Assembly (NCBI GenBank): GCA_003009815.1
Contig: PXPD01000015.1
Span: 20,652-58,434 of the forward strand
Direction: 5' to 3'
DNA length: 37,783 nucleotides
From: Nanohaloarchaea archaeon SW_4_43_9
Lineage (GTDB): Archaea; Nanohalarchaeota; Nanosalinia; Nanosalinales; Nanosalinaceae
Part shown: positions 25,291 to 33,077 of the stretch, piece after piece
Layout of the letters: each line of letters begins with the position of its first letter
Position numbering within the stretch: the first letter of the stretch is position 1
The notes under the pieces: model-generated
Seen by the model: only the letters and a program-made list of their open reading frames with translations
What the model was told of the DNA's origin: nothing
Databases searched by the model: none
Position numbers and translations under genes: made by a program

Positions 25291-25908
25291 GTGGCAGTAG
25301 CCGGCTTCAACCAGCTTCTGGAAACAATGGCCCGGATGGACTTCTTCACAGGAGTCCTGCCGTTTGTGCTAACCTATGTTGTTCTATATGCTGCCTTGAA
25401 GAAAGTGCCGGTTATAAGCGATCAGGATGATAAAAACTTCCCTGCTTTGGTAGCTATAATAGGAGCGTTCTTTGTAGCCCGGTTTATAGTTGTAAATCCT
25501 TTATACCAAGCATTCTTTGTAGAATATTTCGGAAAATTAGTTATCGGCCTCATGGGCTTTGTCGGATTACTGATCCTGCTGGCATTCACCGGGTATAACC
25601 TAGGTGAAAAAGGCGGCCTAAAGAGCCCTATGGTAGTGATGCTGATGGTAGCGGTAGCTGGATTGGCATTTGCAACTTCTGGAGGTTTAGGATTCAGGCT
25701 TCCTACTATTCAAGGATTGAACCTTCAGGCTTGGCTTACCTGGTTCTTCCAGTCAGGCGCTATCTGGATACTGGTTGTACTAGGATCTCTATGGTGGGTA
25801 TCAGGCAGTGATGATGGTAGCGATGGTAGTGGTCCGCCAGGATGGATGCTTCCATTCACTTCAAATGACTGGTGGAAAGATGCATTTGACGATGATAACG
25901 GAGGTTAA
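25291..25908 (+). CDS. polytopic membrane protein, paralogue A (FNQLLETM...YAALKK family)
   Basis: GTG start with GGTGA 7 nt upstream. About 5 TM helices and an acidic GSDDGSDG tail. The N-terminal module resembles those of the 25915 gene and the 23156 gene. Confidence 0.6.
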   Translation: MAVAGFNQLLETMARMDFFTGVLPFVLTYVVLYAALKKVPVISDQDDKNFPALVAIIGAFFVARFIVVNPLYQAFFVEYFGKLVIGLMGFVGLLILLAFTGYNLGEKGGLKSPMVVMLMVAVAGLAFATSGGLGFRLPTIQGLNLQAWLTWFFQSGAIWILVVLGSLWWVSGSDDGSDGSGPPGWMLPFTSNDWWKDAFDDDNGG

Positions 25909-25914
25909 GTTTTA

Positions 25915-26433
25915 ATGGGAGCTTTCGAAGCGATTGTCGAGACCATGATGCAGGTCGATGTATTCCAGCTGTTCTTTCCCTGGCTACTGGTCTTGGCAGT
26001 GACATACGGAGCATTAGATAAGTATGACTGGTTTGAGGAAGATACTATCAATGCAGCTGTTGCTATGGCTGTTGCCTTTATTGCGATTGGAGGTCTATAC
26101 CTTTTTGTACCTGCAGGATTATTCCCACATTTCGCAGCTGCCATAGCTTTCGGAGCTTTCGGTATAATAGGATTGATGGTTCTCCTGGCGATAGCCGGTG
26201 TTGACCTAAATGAACTTGATAAGGAAAGTTCTGTCGCCAAACTTGCATTGGGAGGAGGAATTCTTGCCTTCACTGCTATCCTTCTGATTTATATTGAACT
26301 TCCAGTTTCGTTTGCCGATCTTTTACAGGGAGAATCCTTCGACGAGGTATTAATGCCGGTTTTGACAATGATATTCCTGCTTGCGATTGTAGCTATAATA
26401 ACTAAATCGGGAGAAGGAAGTGATGACGGTTAA
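25915..26433 (+). CDS. polytopic membrane protein, paralogue B
   Basis: GAFEAIVETMMQVDVFQLFFPWLLVLAVTYGALDK aligns with GFNQLLETMARMDFFTGVLPFVLTYVVLYAALKK of the upstream gene. It has a GEGSDDG tail and a GGAGG SD upstream. Confidence 0.6.
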   Translation: MGAFEAIVETMMQVDVFQLFFPWLLVLAVTYGALDKYDWFEEDTINAAVAMAVAFIAIGGLYLFVPAGLFPHFAAAIAFGAFGIIGLMVLLAIAGVDLNELDKESSVAKLALGGGILAFTAILLIYIELPVSFADLLQGESFDEVLMPVLTMIFLLAIVAIITKSGEGSDDG

Positions 26434-26434
26434 A

Positions 26435-27280
26435 CTACCAGTCTTCCATGTCAATGTCTTCAATATCGTCCTGATCGACATCTGAACTTGTCTCTATTCC
26501 TCTCTCGTGCTTTATTTCCTGTACTAGCTGGGTTAGGTCTCGGACATTGTCTACTAGTGAAGGTAGAACCTGCTGGAAAGCCTTTTCAAGTCCTCCGATC
26601 CTTGACTGGTATTCTTCTATATCACCTTCGATATCATCCATTTTTTGAATTACCTGTTTGTCGTCCTCGTCATCTCTTACTTCGAGGTCATGTATACGTT
26701 GTTCAAAGTCTTCCGCTCTTTCCTTAAGCGCATCTATCTCTGAGTATACGTTTTCGAACTCGTTTTCAACTCTTTCAAAGTTCTCTGCTACGATTGTCTC
26801 GATCAGTTCTTCAACATTTCCAGAGCTGTTGCCGGAGAGATTACCTTTTGGAGGAGGGTTAGCTGCAGGAGGACTTTGAGGTTGTGGCGCCTGATTCATT
26901 TCCGGATTCCCGGAATTGATCTCATTATTTTCCGGTCCCTGTGTCTCATTACTGAGTTCGTCGTTCGGCCCCATACTCTGATTGTTTTCCTGGTAAGGTG
27001 TCATTGGTTGTGGTCCTTCTTGTTCTGCTGTGGCAGATGTCTTCACTGCCTGGTTTATGGCTCCCTGAATCTCATCTCTGGAGTACTGTCCCTGTAGTTC
27101 CTGTCGGACTTCTTCCTCTGAATATCCTTGTTCGAAAAGATTTTCGACCGTTCTCTGTATCCCTGAGGAGCTAAAGTCTTGGAAATCGTTCTGCTGGTTC
27201 ACACCTGTTTCTTGTTTCTGTTTAACGTTTTCACTATCATTCTCGTTGCCTCTCAGTCTCCCGAATAGCTGGAATTTCAT
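26435..27280 (-). CDS. acidic protein: helical GYSEEEV...AINQAV motif, Gln/Pro/Asn-rich linker, C-terminal coiled coil
   Basis: 281 aa with no TM segment. The coiled coil is VEELIETIVAENFERVENEFENVYSEIDALKERAEDFEQRIHDLE...LEKAFQQVLPSLVDNVRDL. It lies 3 nt downstream of the 189-aa-track ORF, so they form an operon. Confidence 0.55.
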   Translation of the reverse strand: MKFQLFGRLRGNENDSENVKQKQETGVNQQNDFQDFSSSGIQRTVENLFEQGYSEEEVRQELQGQYSRDEIQGAINQAVKTSATAEQEGPQPMTPYQENNQSMGPNDELSNETQGPENNEINSGNPEMNQAPQPQSPPAANPPPKGNLSGNSSGNVEELIETIVAENFERVENEFENVYSEIDALKERAEDFEQRIHDLEVRDDEDDKQVIQKMDDIEGDIEEYQSRIGGLEKAFQQVLPSLVDNVRDLTQLVQEIKHERGIETSSDVDQDDIEDIDMEDW

Positions 27281-27283
27281 ACT

Positions 27284-27802
27284 TTACCATTCCTCGTTAC
27301 TGTTTTGGAATCCTTTTTTATTATTTGATTGGGTTTTCCGCTGTTTATCCAGCTTTTTCTGTATTATTCTTTCAATCTTCTTTTCTGGTACCCCATTTTT
27401 CTCCTTGATCAGCTCTTTCACCTCTTTTTTTGTGGCAAAAGAAGACTGTATAGGGTTCATTAGATCCATGTAGTTCTCTATCTCATTTATCTGCTGTTCA
27501 GTTACGTACTTCTTCTTTTCCCGGTTAAGCTCCTTGATATCTACCTCCATGTTTGCCACCCTGTCTCTCACCCCTTCTAAATCATCTTCAAGCTCCTGCA
27601 TATCTTCTTGGAGAGCGTTAGTCTTATCAAGAAGCGAGTCGTCGAGAGTGTTGACTCTCGCTGTAAGGTTTCTTACCTTCTCTTCCAGGTCTCTGATCCT
27701 TCTGTTGAAGTCATTGACCCGGTTTACGATACGGTTTAACAGATCTTGCTGTGGCACATCTTTTATTGTAGCAAACCTTGAATAATAATGCTGGGATGAC
27801 AT
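27284..27802 (-). CDS. coiled-coil protein, possibly FlaC-like accessory protein
   Basis: I prefer the ATG at 27802 (MSSQHYYSRF...). The track's TTG at 27853 would add a Cys/His/Arg-rich peptide that looks non-coding. A coiled coil is followed by IENYMDLMNPIQ, which is reminiscent of the FlaC ...YE.v...iNPF ending as I remember it. Confidence 0.5.
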   Translation of the reverse strand: MSSQHYYSRFATIKDVPQQDLLNRIVNRVNDFNRRIRDLEEKVRNLTARVNTLDDSLLDKTNALQEDMQELEDDLEGVRDRVANMEVDIKELNREKKKYVTEQQINEIENYMDLMNPIQSSFATKKEVKELIKEKNGVPEKKIERIIQKKLDKQRKTQSNNKKGFQNSNEEW

Positions 27803-28995
27803 TACAGGACAAAGATGTTTTCGACTACGAGTACGATGATGAGAGCGGCACAATCGAGGTAAACATGCTTGGATCGATCTACGGAGCCTCTATAGAAGAT
27901 TATCCTGAGGTAATGTCCCGGGTCATCAACATCTTGCAGGAAGTGCCTGATGCATCTTCAGTAGTACTCTCTGAGTCCCGAGATTATGAGTACGATAAGG
28001 ACCAGGTGAGGATGTTGAAGGAGGTTTCAGAGGCTATAAGAGATATTTCATCACAGGGATATCTCTCGGAGAGTATCAGAACTGATAAATGTGAGAGCCT
28101 TTACCAAGACCATCTACCTGAAGTCCAGAGAATAGTTATCGATCAGTTAAGGAAAGATCCTGTTGGAGGCTATGTCGAACTGAAGAGAAAGGAGAGACAC
28201 CTCAAACAGGAGATGAACAAGTCATACCCACAGAAAAAACGGTGCCTGAAATACTTTATACAGGATGTAGTTAATCCGGTTAAGAAGAGGCTGGAGAAAT
28301 GTGAGATGATTGATCAGGCCCGGAGCGAGGAGTTTATAACCGGGCATCACGTCGGTGATAGAGAGGTTTACAGGGAGTTCTTCCATCCACTGGTACGTCC
28401 TAACTTCATGCTTACAAAGTTCATGTCACTCCCCCCGGAAAGAGGGGAGGAAATCGACCGCTACGAATCAAGAAACGATGTAGAGGTCTCGGTATACGAT
28501 GTTCCTGACCAGGTTCAGCCGGTTTATCACGTAAATCCGCCGGAGTTCAATCTTTCCGAGGAAAAGTACAGACTGCTTGACGCAGCGAGAAGATTCTTGG
28601 CTTCTCACCAGCCGGAGTCGGGAGAGTTCGCCCGGCCGGATAGAATGAGGCAGGTATTCCAGAACATCGGGAGAGATATGATCCGGGATATCGCCCAGCA
28701 GATGGATATACAGCTCCCAAGGGAAGAATCAGAACAGCTGACTTCAATACTTAACCGTTACACCTCCGGACTCGGAGTCTTGGAGCTACTCCTGTCTGAT
28801 CCAAAGATCCAGGATGTGTTTATCAACTCGCCGATCGGAAACGCACCTATCTATATCAAACATGAGGAATACGAGGAGTGTGAGACCAATCTAATCCCGA
28901 CAAAAGAGGAGGCGGAGTCGTGGGCTACACGTTTCAGCCCGGGTAGCGATAATACAGGAGAATCTGTCGCCGGAAGGACTAGCGTTCGCTTTTAG
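27796..28995 (+). CDS. type IV pilus/archaellum-type secretion ATPase (FlaI/GspE/PilB superfamily), N-terminal fragment ending in an out-of-frame tail
   Basis: ...GLGVLELLLSDPKIQDVFINSPIGNAPIYIKHEEYEECETNLIPTKEEAESWATRF is typical of the region N-terminal to the ATPase core. After ATRF the frame gives SPGSDNTGESVAGRTSVRF*, which looks unrelated. ATG 27796 is preferred to the track's TTG 27778. Confidence 0.75.
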   Translation: MTLQDKDVFDYEYDDESGTIEVNMLGSIYGASIEDYPEVMSRVINILQEVPDASSVVLSESRDYEYDKDQVRMLKEVSEAIRDISSQGYLSESIRTDKCESLYQDHLPEVQRIVIDQLRKDPVGGYVELKRKERHLKQEMNKSYPQKKRCLKYFIQDVVNPVKKRLEKCEMIDQARSEEFITGHHVGDREVYREFFHPLVRPNFMLTKFMSLPPERGEEIDRYESRNDVEVSVYDVPDQVQPVYHVNPPEFNLSEEKYRLLDAARRFLASHQPESGEFARPDRMRQVFQNIGRDMIRDIAQQMDIQLPREESEQLTSILNRYTSGLGVLELLLSDPKIQDVFINSPIGNAPIYIKHEEYEECETNLIPTKEEAESWATRFSPGSDNTGESVAGRTSVRF

Positions 28996-29983
28996 ACGGC
29001 ACAGATCACGGGCCTGGACATTACCCCTGTTTATAAAACGCGATTTTATCAATCCGCTCGGTGCCGGCCTTCTATCTTTCATAGTAGATGGGAACAGAAG
29101 TGTGCTCTTTAGCGGGACGAGAGGTGCTGGCAAAACGTCCTTACTGTCTGCCTCTATGCTTGAGATACTGAAAAAAGAAAGGATAGTCACTGTAGAAGAC
29201 ACAAGAGAGATCCCGATCCGTCAGATGAAGGATCTAGGGTTTAATATCGAGTCTATGAAGTCCAGATCGGTTATAACACAGGTAGAGAATGAATTACCGG
29301 CCGAAGAGGCAATCAGGACATCTCTACGGCTAGGAGACTCAGCTCTTATTATTGGAGAAGTCAGATCTGATGAGGCTAAGACTCTGTATGAGGCTATGCG
29401 TGTTGGCGCCGTCGCTAACTTTGTCGGTGGAACCATCCACGGTGAATCAGCTTACTCCGTGTTTGACAGGGTTGTGAATGATCTGAATGTTCCGAAGACC
29501 TCTTTCAAGGCCACCGATATTATTGTCTCGGTTAACAAGATCAAGAGCCCTGATGGTCTGGAGACTTACAGACGGGTGACAGCTATTACAGAGGTCAGAA
29601 AGGACTGGACTGATGATCCGATGGAAGAAGATGCCTTTGTTGATCTCATGCGGTATGATTCCAATGAGGATAAGCTGGTTCCAACTGATACATTAAAAAA
29701 CGGAGAATCGGAGATACTGAACAGGATTGCAGAGAATATCAGGGAGTGGAAGAATGACTGGGAAGCTGTTTGGGGCAATATCAAGTTGAGAGAAAGAATG
29801 AAGAAGGAAATTGTCGATAAAGCGGAAGAAACAGGTAATGACGAGTTACTTGAAGCTGAGTTTGTTGTGAAGGCAAATCAGAAGTATCATATACTTGCGG
29901 AAAGAGTAAGTGAAGAGTACGGGCAACAGGATCCGGAAAGAATATTCGCTCGATGGCAGGAATGGCTTGAGCAGCAGGTGTAG
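28934..29983 (+). CDS. same secretion ATPase, C-terminal (catalytic) fragment in the +1 frame
   Basis: This frame is open from 28895. It reads ARVAIIQENLSPEGLAFAFRRHRSRAWTLPLFIKRDFINPLGAGLLSFIVDGNRSVLFSGTRGAGKTS (Walker A), then VTVEDTREI (Asp box), ALIIGEVRSDEA (Walker B) and GGTIHGES (His box). The first canonical start in this frame is the GTG at 29102, only 4 codons before the P-loop glycine. Confidence 0.85.
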   Translation, partial: SARVAIIQENLSPEGLAFAFRRHRSRAWTLPLFIKRDFINPLGAGLLSFIVDGNRSVLFSGTRGAGKTSLLSASMLEILKKERIVTVEDTREIPIRQMKDLGFNIESMKSRSVITQVENELPAEEAIRTSLRLGDSALIIGEVRSDEAKTLYEAMRVGAVANFVGGTIHGESAYSVFDRVVNDLNVPKTSFKATDIIVSVNKIKSPDGLETYRRVTAITEVRKDWTDDPMEEDAFVDLMRYDSNEDKLVPTDTLKNGESEILNRIAENIREWKNDWEAVWGNIKLRERMKKEIVDKAEETGNDELLEAEFVVKANQKYHILAERVSEEYGQQDPERIFARWQEWLEQQV

Positions 29984-29986
29984 AAA

Positions 29987-32125
29987 ATGGATGAGAAGGA
30001 AAGAAACCGCCTGAAAGAAATTGTCGACGATCTCAACAAAGGTATGGAACTGCCTCCATACAATACCGGTTCTGAAAGAGGTTATTCCCGTGAGTATAAG
30101 GAGTACAAGAAAGAGGAGAAGGAAGATCAGAGACTTTCAAGATATGAAAGGCTTTGCATAAAATTTTCTGAAATACTTGATATTAGAGCAGGAGAAAGAA
30201 CTCAGGAAAAGCTTAGCCCGCCTCTGAGCTTGCTTAAATGGGATGTAACCCCGGGTATGGTGCTGTCGGCTGCTGTAGGCGTAAGCTTTTCTATGTTTGC
30301 CTTATGGGCGGTGCTCTTCCTCGTAAATATGCTTCTAGGTCCTTTAATACCGATTTCAATAATGGTGATAGCAGGGCTGATCGCTGTCGGTTCGGGAGCC
30401 TACATATACTACAAGCCGGTTTATGATGCCAAGAACAAGGTGATCAAAAGCAGTGGAGAGATGATTCTTTCCATACTTTATATGGTTATCTACATGCGTA
30501 GCTCACCAAATCTTGAGGGAGCGATACGTTTTGCAGGATTGAACCTTGAAGGACCTATTTCCAAGGATCTCAAAGGTATTCTCTGGGATGTGGAAGTTGG
30601 AAAGTTCAACAATATAGAGAAATCTCTAGAGAACTATACCCGGGCCTGGAAAAATTACAATGATGACTTTCTTGAATCCCTACAGCTTTTGAAGGCAGCT
30701 GTCAACGAGCCCAATAAGGAGAGAAGGGAGTCGCTGCTTCAGGACTCTATAGACCGTATTCTAGATGGAACACAGGAGAAGATGAAACACTATGCCCAGG
30801 GCCTGAAGACGCCGGTAATGATACTGAATGCTATGGGAGCAATGCTCCCGGTTCTCGGCATGATCATGCTTCCTCTTATTTCGGTGTTCATGGGTTCAAG
30901 TATAACCATCACACACCTGTTTCTAACCTTTAACATCATGCTTCCCGGCTTTCTCTACTGGTTCATGCAGAGGATTTTAAGCTCTCGTCCTCCAACCGTC
31001 AGCTCAAAACCGACAAGCGAGGAGAGCCTGCCAACCCGTGGAAAATACCTGATAGAATCGCTTAATATAGAGATTCCGACCTGGCCAATAGGGCTGGGCA
31101 TATTCATGTTCATCGGTTTTTACGGGATTGTCGGCTACCTGATATTTCCGTACACCTATCCATTAAGTGAAGGAGCCCAGGAAGCTTCAATACCGGTTAT
31201 TCTCGGAGGATCTGATGGTGCCTCACCGCTCGCAATGCTGATGAGGAGCCTGAGCATAACCTCCGGTCTGGGACTGGGAATAGGGACGGCGCTGATCCTG
31301 GGCAACAAGAAAAGGAAGAAGGCGGAGGAGAATCTTAGGAAGATCGAGCAGCAGTTCCCGACCGCTCTTTTCCAGCTGGGCAACAAGATTTCCGGTGGAA
31401 CACCGATTGAACTGGCGCTGGAGGAAGCAGCGGAATCGACCTCTGATCTGGAGATTTCCGATCTGTTCAAAGAGTCTTCACGGAATATAAGGGATATGGG
31501 AATGACTTTTGAAAAATCCATATTTGACGAAAGCTACGGCTCGTTGAGAAACTTTCCATCACAGATGATTCACACAGTGATGAAGGCAATACTCAAATCT
31601 TCTGATAAAGGCACACACATGGCTTCAATGGCGATGATGACAATCTCAAAATACCTTGATAATATTCACAAGACGCAGGAAAGACTAAACGATCTGATGG
31701 AGGATACTACCACGACCATTCTGATGCTTGCATATCTTCTGGCACCGATTGTTTCAGGAATAGCCGTGGGAATGTCACAGACAATAATCACGGCAATGTA
31801 CGAGCTCAGCAACTCATTCTCAGAGATAGAAGGAGAGATAGGTGGTTCACAATCAGGAGTCTCGGAACCAGGTTTCACAGGTATACTCGGCAATCTTGAT
31901 ACAGCTATCCCCCCTGAAGTACTGCAGTTCGTGGTAGGTATCTACCTTATACAGCTACTGTTCATACTTGGAACCTTCTACATGAAAATCCGGGAAGGAG
32001 AAAACAAAACCTACAGAAATATGTTCATAGGGAAGATACTTATTTCAGGAATGATATTCTACAGTTTAAGTCTGATCATAGTATCAGTCCTATTTGGAAG
32101 TATTGTACAAGGTGTCCCAACATAA
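29987..32125 (+). CDS. pilus/archaellum assembly platform membrane protein (FlaJ/TadC/PilC, T2SS-F superfamily)
   Basis: 712 aa, starting 3 nt after the ATPase stop. Two soluble helical modules (SGEMILSILYMVIYMRSSPNLEGAIRFAGLN... and FPTALFQLGNKISGGTPIELALEEAAE...) are each flanked by TM helix bundles, as in FlaJ/TadB-C. Confidence 0.8.
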   Translation: MDEKERNRLKEIVDDLNKGMELPPYNTGSERGYSREYKEYKKEEKEDQRLSRYERLCIKFSEILDIRAGERTQEKLSPPLSLLKWDVTPGMVLSAAVGVSFSMFALWAVLFLVNMLLGPLIPISIMVIAGLIAVGSGAYIYYKPVYDAKNKVIKSSGEMILSILYMVIYMRSSPNLEGAIRFAGLNLEGPISKDLKGILWDVEVGKFNNIEKSLENYTRAWKNYNDDFLESLQLLKAAVNEPNKERRESLLQDSIDRILDGTQEKMKHYAQGLKTPVMILNAMGAMLPVLGMIMLPLISVFMGSSITITHLFLTFNIMLPGFLYWFMQRILSSRPPTVSSKPTSEESLPTRGKYLIESLNIEIPTWPIGLGIFMFIGFYGIVGYLIFPYTYPLSEGAQEASIPVILGGSDGASPLAMLMRSLSITSGLGLGIGTALILGNKKRKKAEENLRKIEQQFPTALFQLGNKISGGTPIELALEEAAESTSDLEISDLFKESSRNIRDMGMTFEKSIFDESYGSLRNFPSQMIHTVMKAILKSSDKGTHMASMAMMTISKYLDNIHKTQERLNDLMEDTTTTILMLAYLLAPIVSGIAVGMSQTIITAMYELSNSFSEIEGEIGGSQSGVSEPGFTGILGNLDTAIPPEVLQFVVGIYLIQLLFILGTFYMKIREGENKTYRNMFIGKILISGMIFYSLSLIIVSVLFGSIVQGVPT

Positions 32126-32238
32126 TGCCAAAACATGAAGGAAGACTGTCCAGTTTTATTTTATATGAGATAGGTCTAGCGGTCATAATACTAGGAACAC
32201 TACTAATAATCTGGTCGAAAGGGGTTATACCTTCATGA
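32125..32238 (+). CDS. 37-aa hydrophobic peptide (below track cutoff)
   Basis: MPKHEGRLSSFILYEIGLAVIILGTLLIIWSKGVIPS. Its ATG overlaps the platform-gene stop (TAATG), and its own stop overlaps the next ATG (ATGA). Confidence 0.4.
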   Translation: MPKHEGRLSSFILYEIGLAVIILGTLLIIWSKGVIPS

Positions 32239-32411
32239 AAGGGGCATCAATGAACTTCGTAGTAGGACTAGTAATCGCATTATTCATGTTCGGCATACTG
32301 GCAGCCATAATAACAACAACAATATTCGACGCACAGGGAGCAGCTCAGGGCTGCGGACCAATAGCAAACCTAATATCCGACGTATCAGGAGGAACAATCC
32401 AAACCTGCTAA
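32235..32411 (+). CDS. very short pilin-like protein with class III signal peptide (58-aa precursor)
   Basis: MKG/ASMNFVVGLVIALFMFGILAAIITTTIF... has KG followed by a ~25-aa hydrophobic helix. The two Cys (C40, C58) lie in the short mature tail. It sits just downstream of the platform gene, after the 37-aa ORF. Confidence 0.6.
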   Translation: MKGASMNFVVGLVIALFMFGILAAIITTTIFDAQGAAQGCGPIANLISDVSGGTIQTC

Positions 32412-32415
32412 CACA

Positions 32416-33036
32416 ATGTCATCAACAGTAAACTCAACGGTATTCAAAATTTTTCTACCAGTCCTAATAGGCCTAGCCATATTCGCAACACTTGACTCCA
32501 TCAAAGTAAACTCACTTGATCCCAGCGTGAATAGCCTAGAAAGCGCATTAAACTCAATGGACAGAAGTATGACTATCGGAGATATTTATACCACAGATAA
32601 AGAAGAAGATGAAAAACAACTTTTGAAAGAAAAATCAAAGGAGAAATCAAAACAGGAAGTAAGAGAGGCAATCCTAATAAATATCGTAATGGCTCAAAAC
32701 TGTGATCTGGTTACTTCCTTGAACGAAGCAGAATGGAAGAACCTAGGACCTGACGCCTCTAATAATCCAGATACTGTGTATATAGATTATAATCCAGACA
32801 GTTTCAAAAATTATGAACCATTTATGATAACAAAAGATGAAGGTGAAGCACCTATTACCTGTGTAGGCGCCGAATCCCCTACAGAGATTGTAAAACCTCC
32901 TCTTCAAAACTTTAGATCGGGTCCGGATGAAGCTACTCAAACTAACGATATGGAAGGGAAATTTGGAAGAATAAATTTTGAAGTGGAGAATACTCTAGAA
33001 TTCGAGAATCCTAGAGTAGGAGCCACAGCAATTTAA
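32416..33036 (+). CDS. N-terminally anchored secreted protein (206 aa)
   Basis: MSSTVNSTVFKIFLPVLIGLAIFATL hydrophobic N-terminus followed by a hydrophilic domain. Confidence 0.55.
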   Translation: MSSTVNSTVFKIFLPVLIGLAIFATLDSIKVNSLDPSVNSLESALNSMDRSMTIGDIYTTDKEEDEKQLLKEKSKEKSKQEVREAILINIVMAQNCDLVTSLNEAEWKNLGPDASNNPDTVYIDYNPDSFKNYEPFMITKDEGEAPITCVGAESPTEIVKPPLQNFRSGPDEATQTNDMEGKFGRINFEVENTLEFENPRVGATAI

Positions 33037-33077
33037 AAAACTTTCCTGACTTTTGGAGGGTTGATCGCGTAGTTACG

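Noticed and set aside
22429-27853. Integrated provirus or plasmid-derived island (many small membrane proteins plus coiled-coil proteins).
   Set aside because: No integrase, replication, capsid or packaging genes and no flanking repeats were seen, and composition matches the neighbours. The only insertion scar I could find is the small one at 19975-20477.
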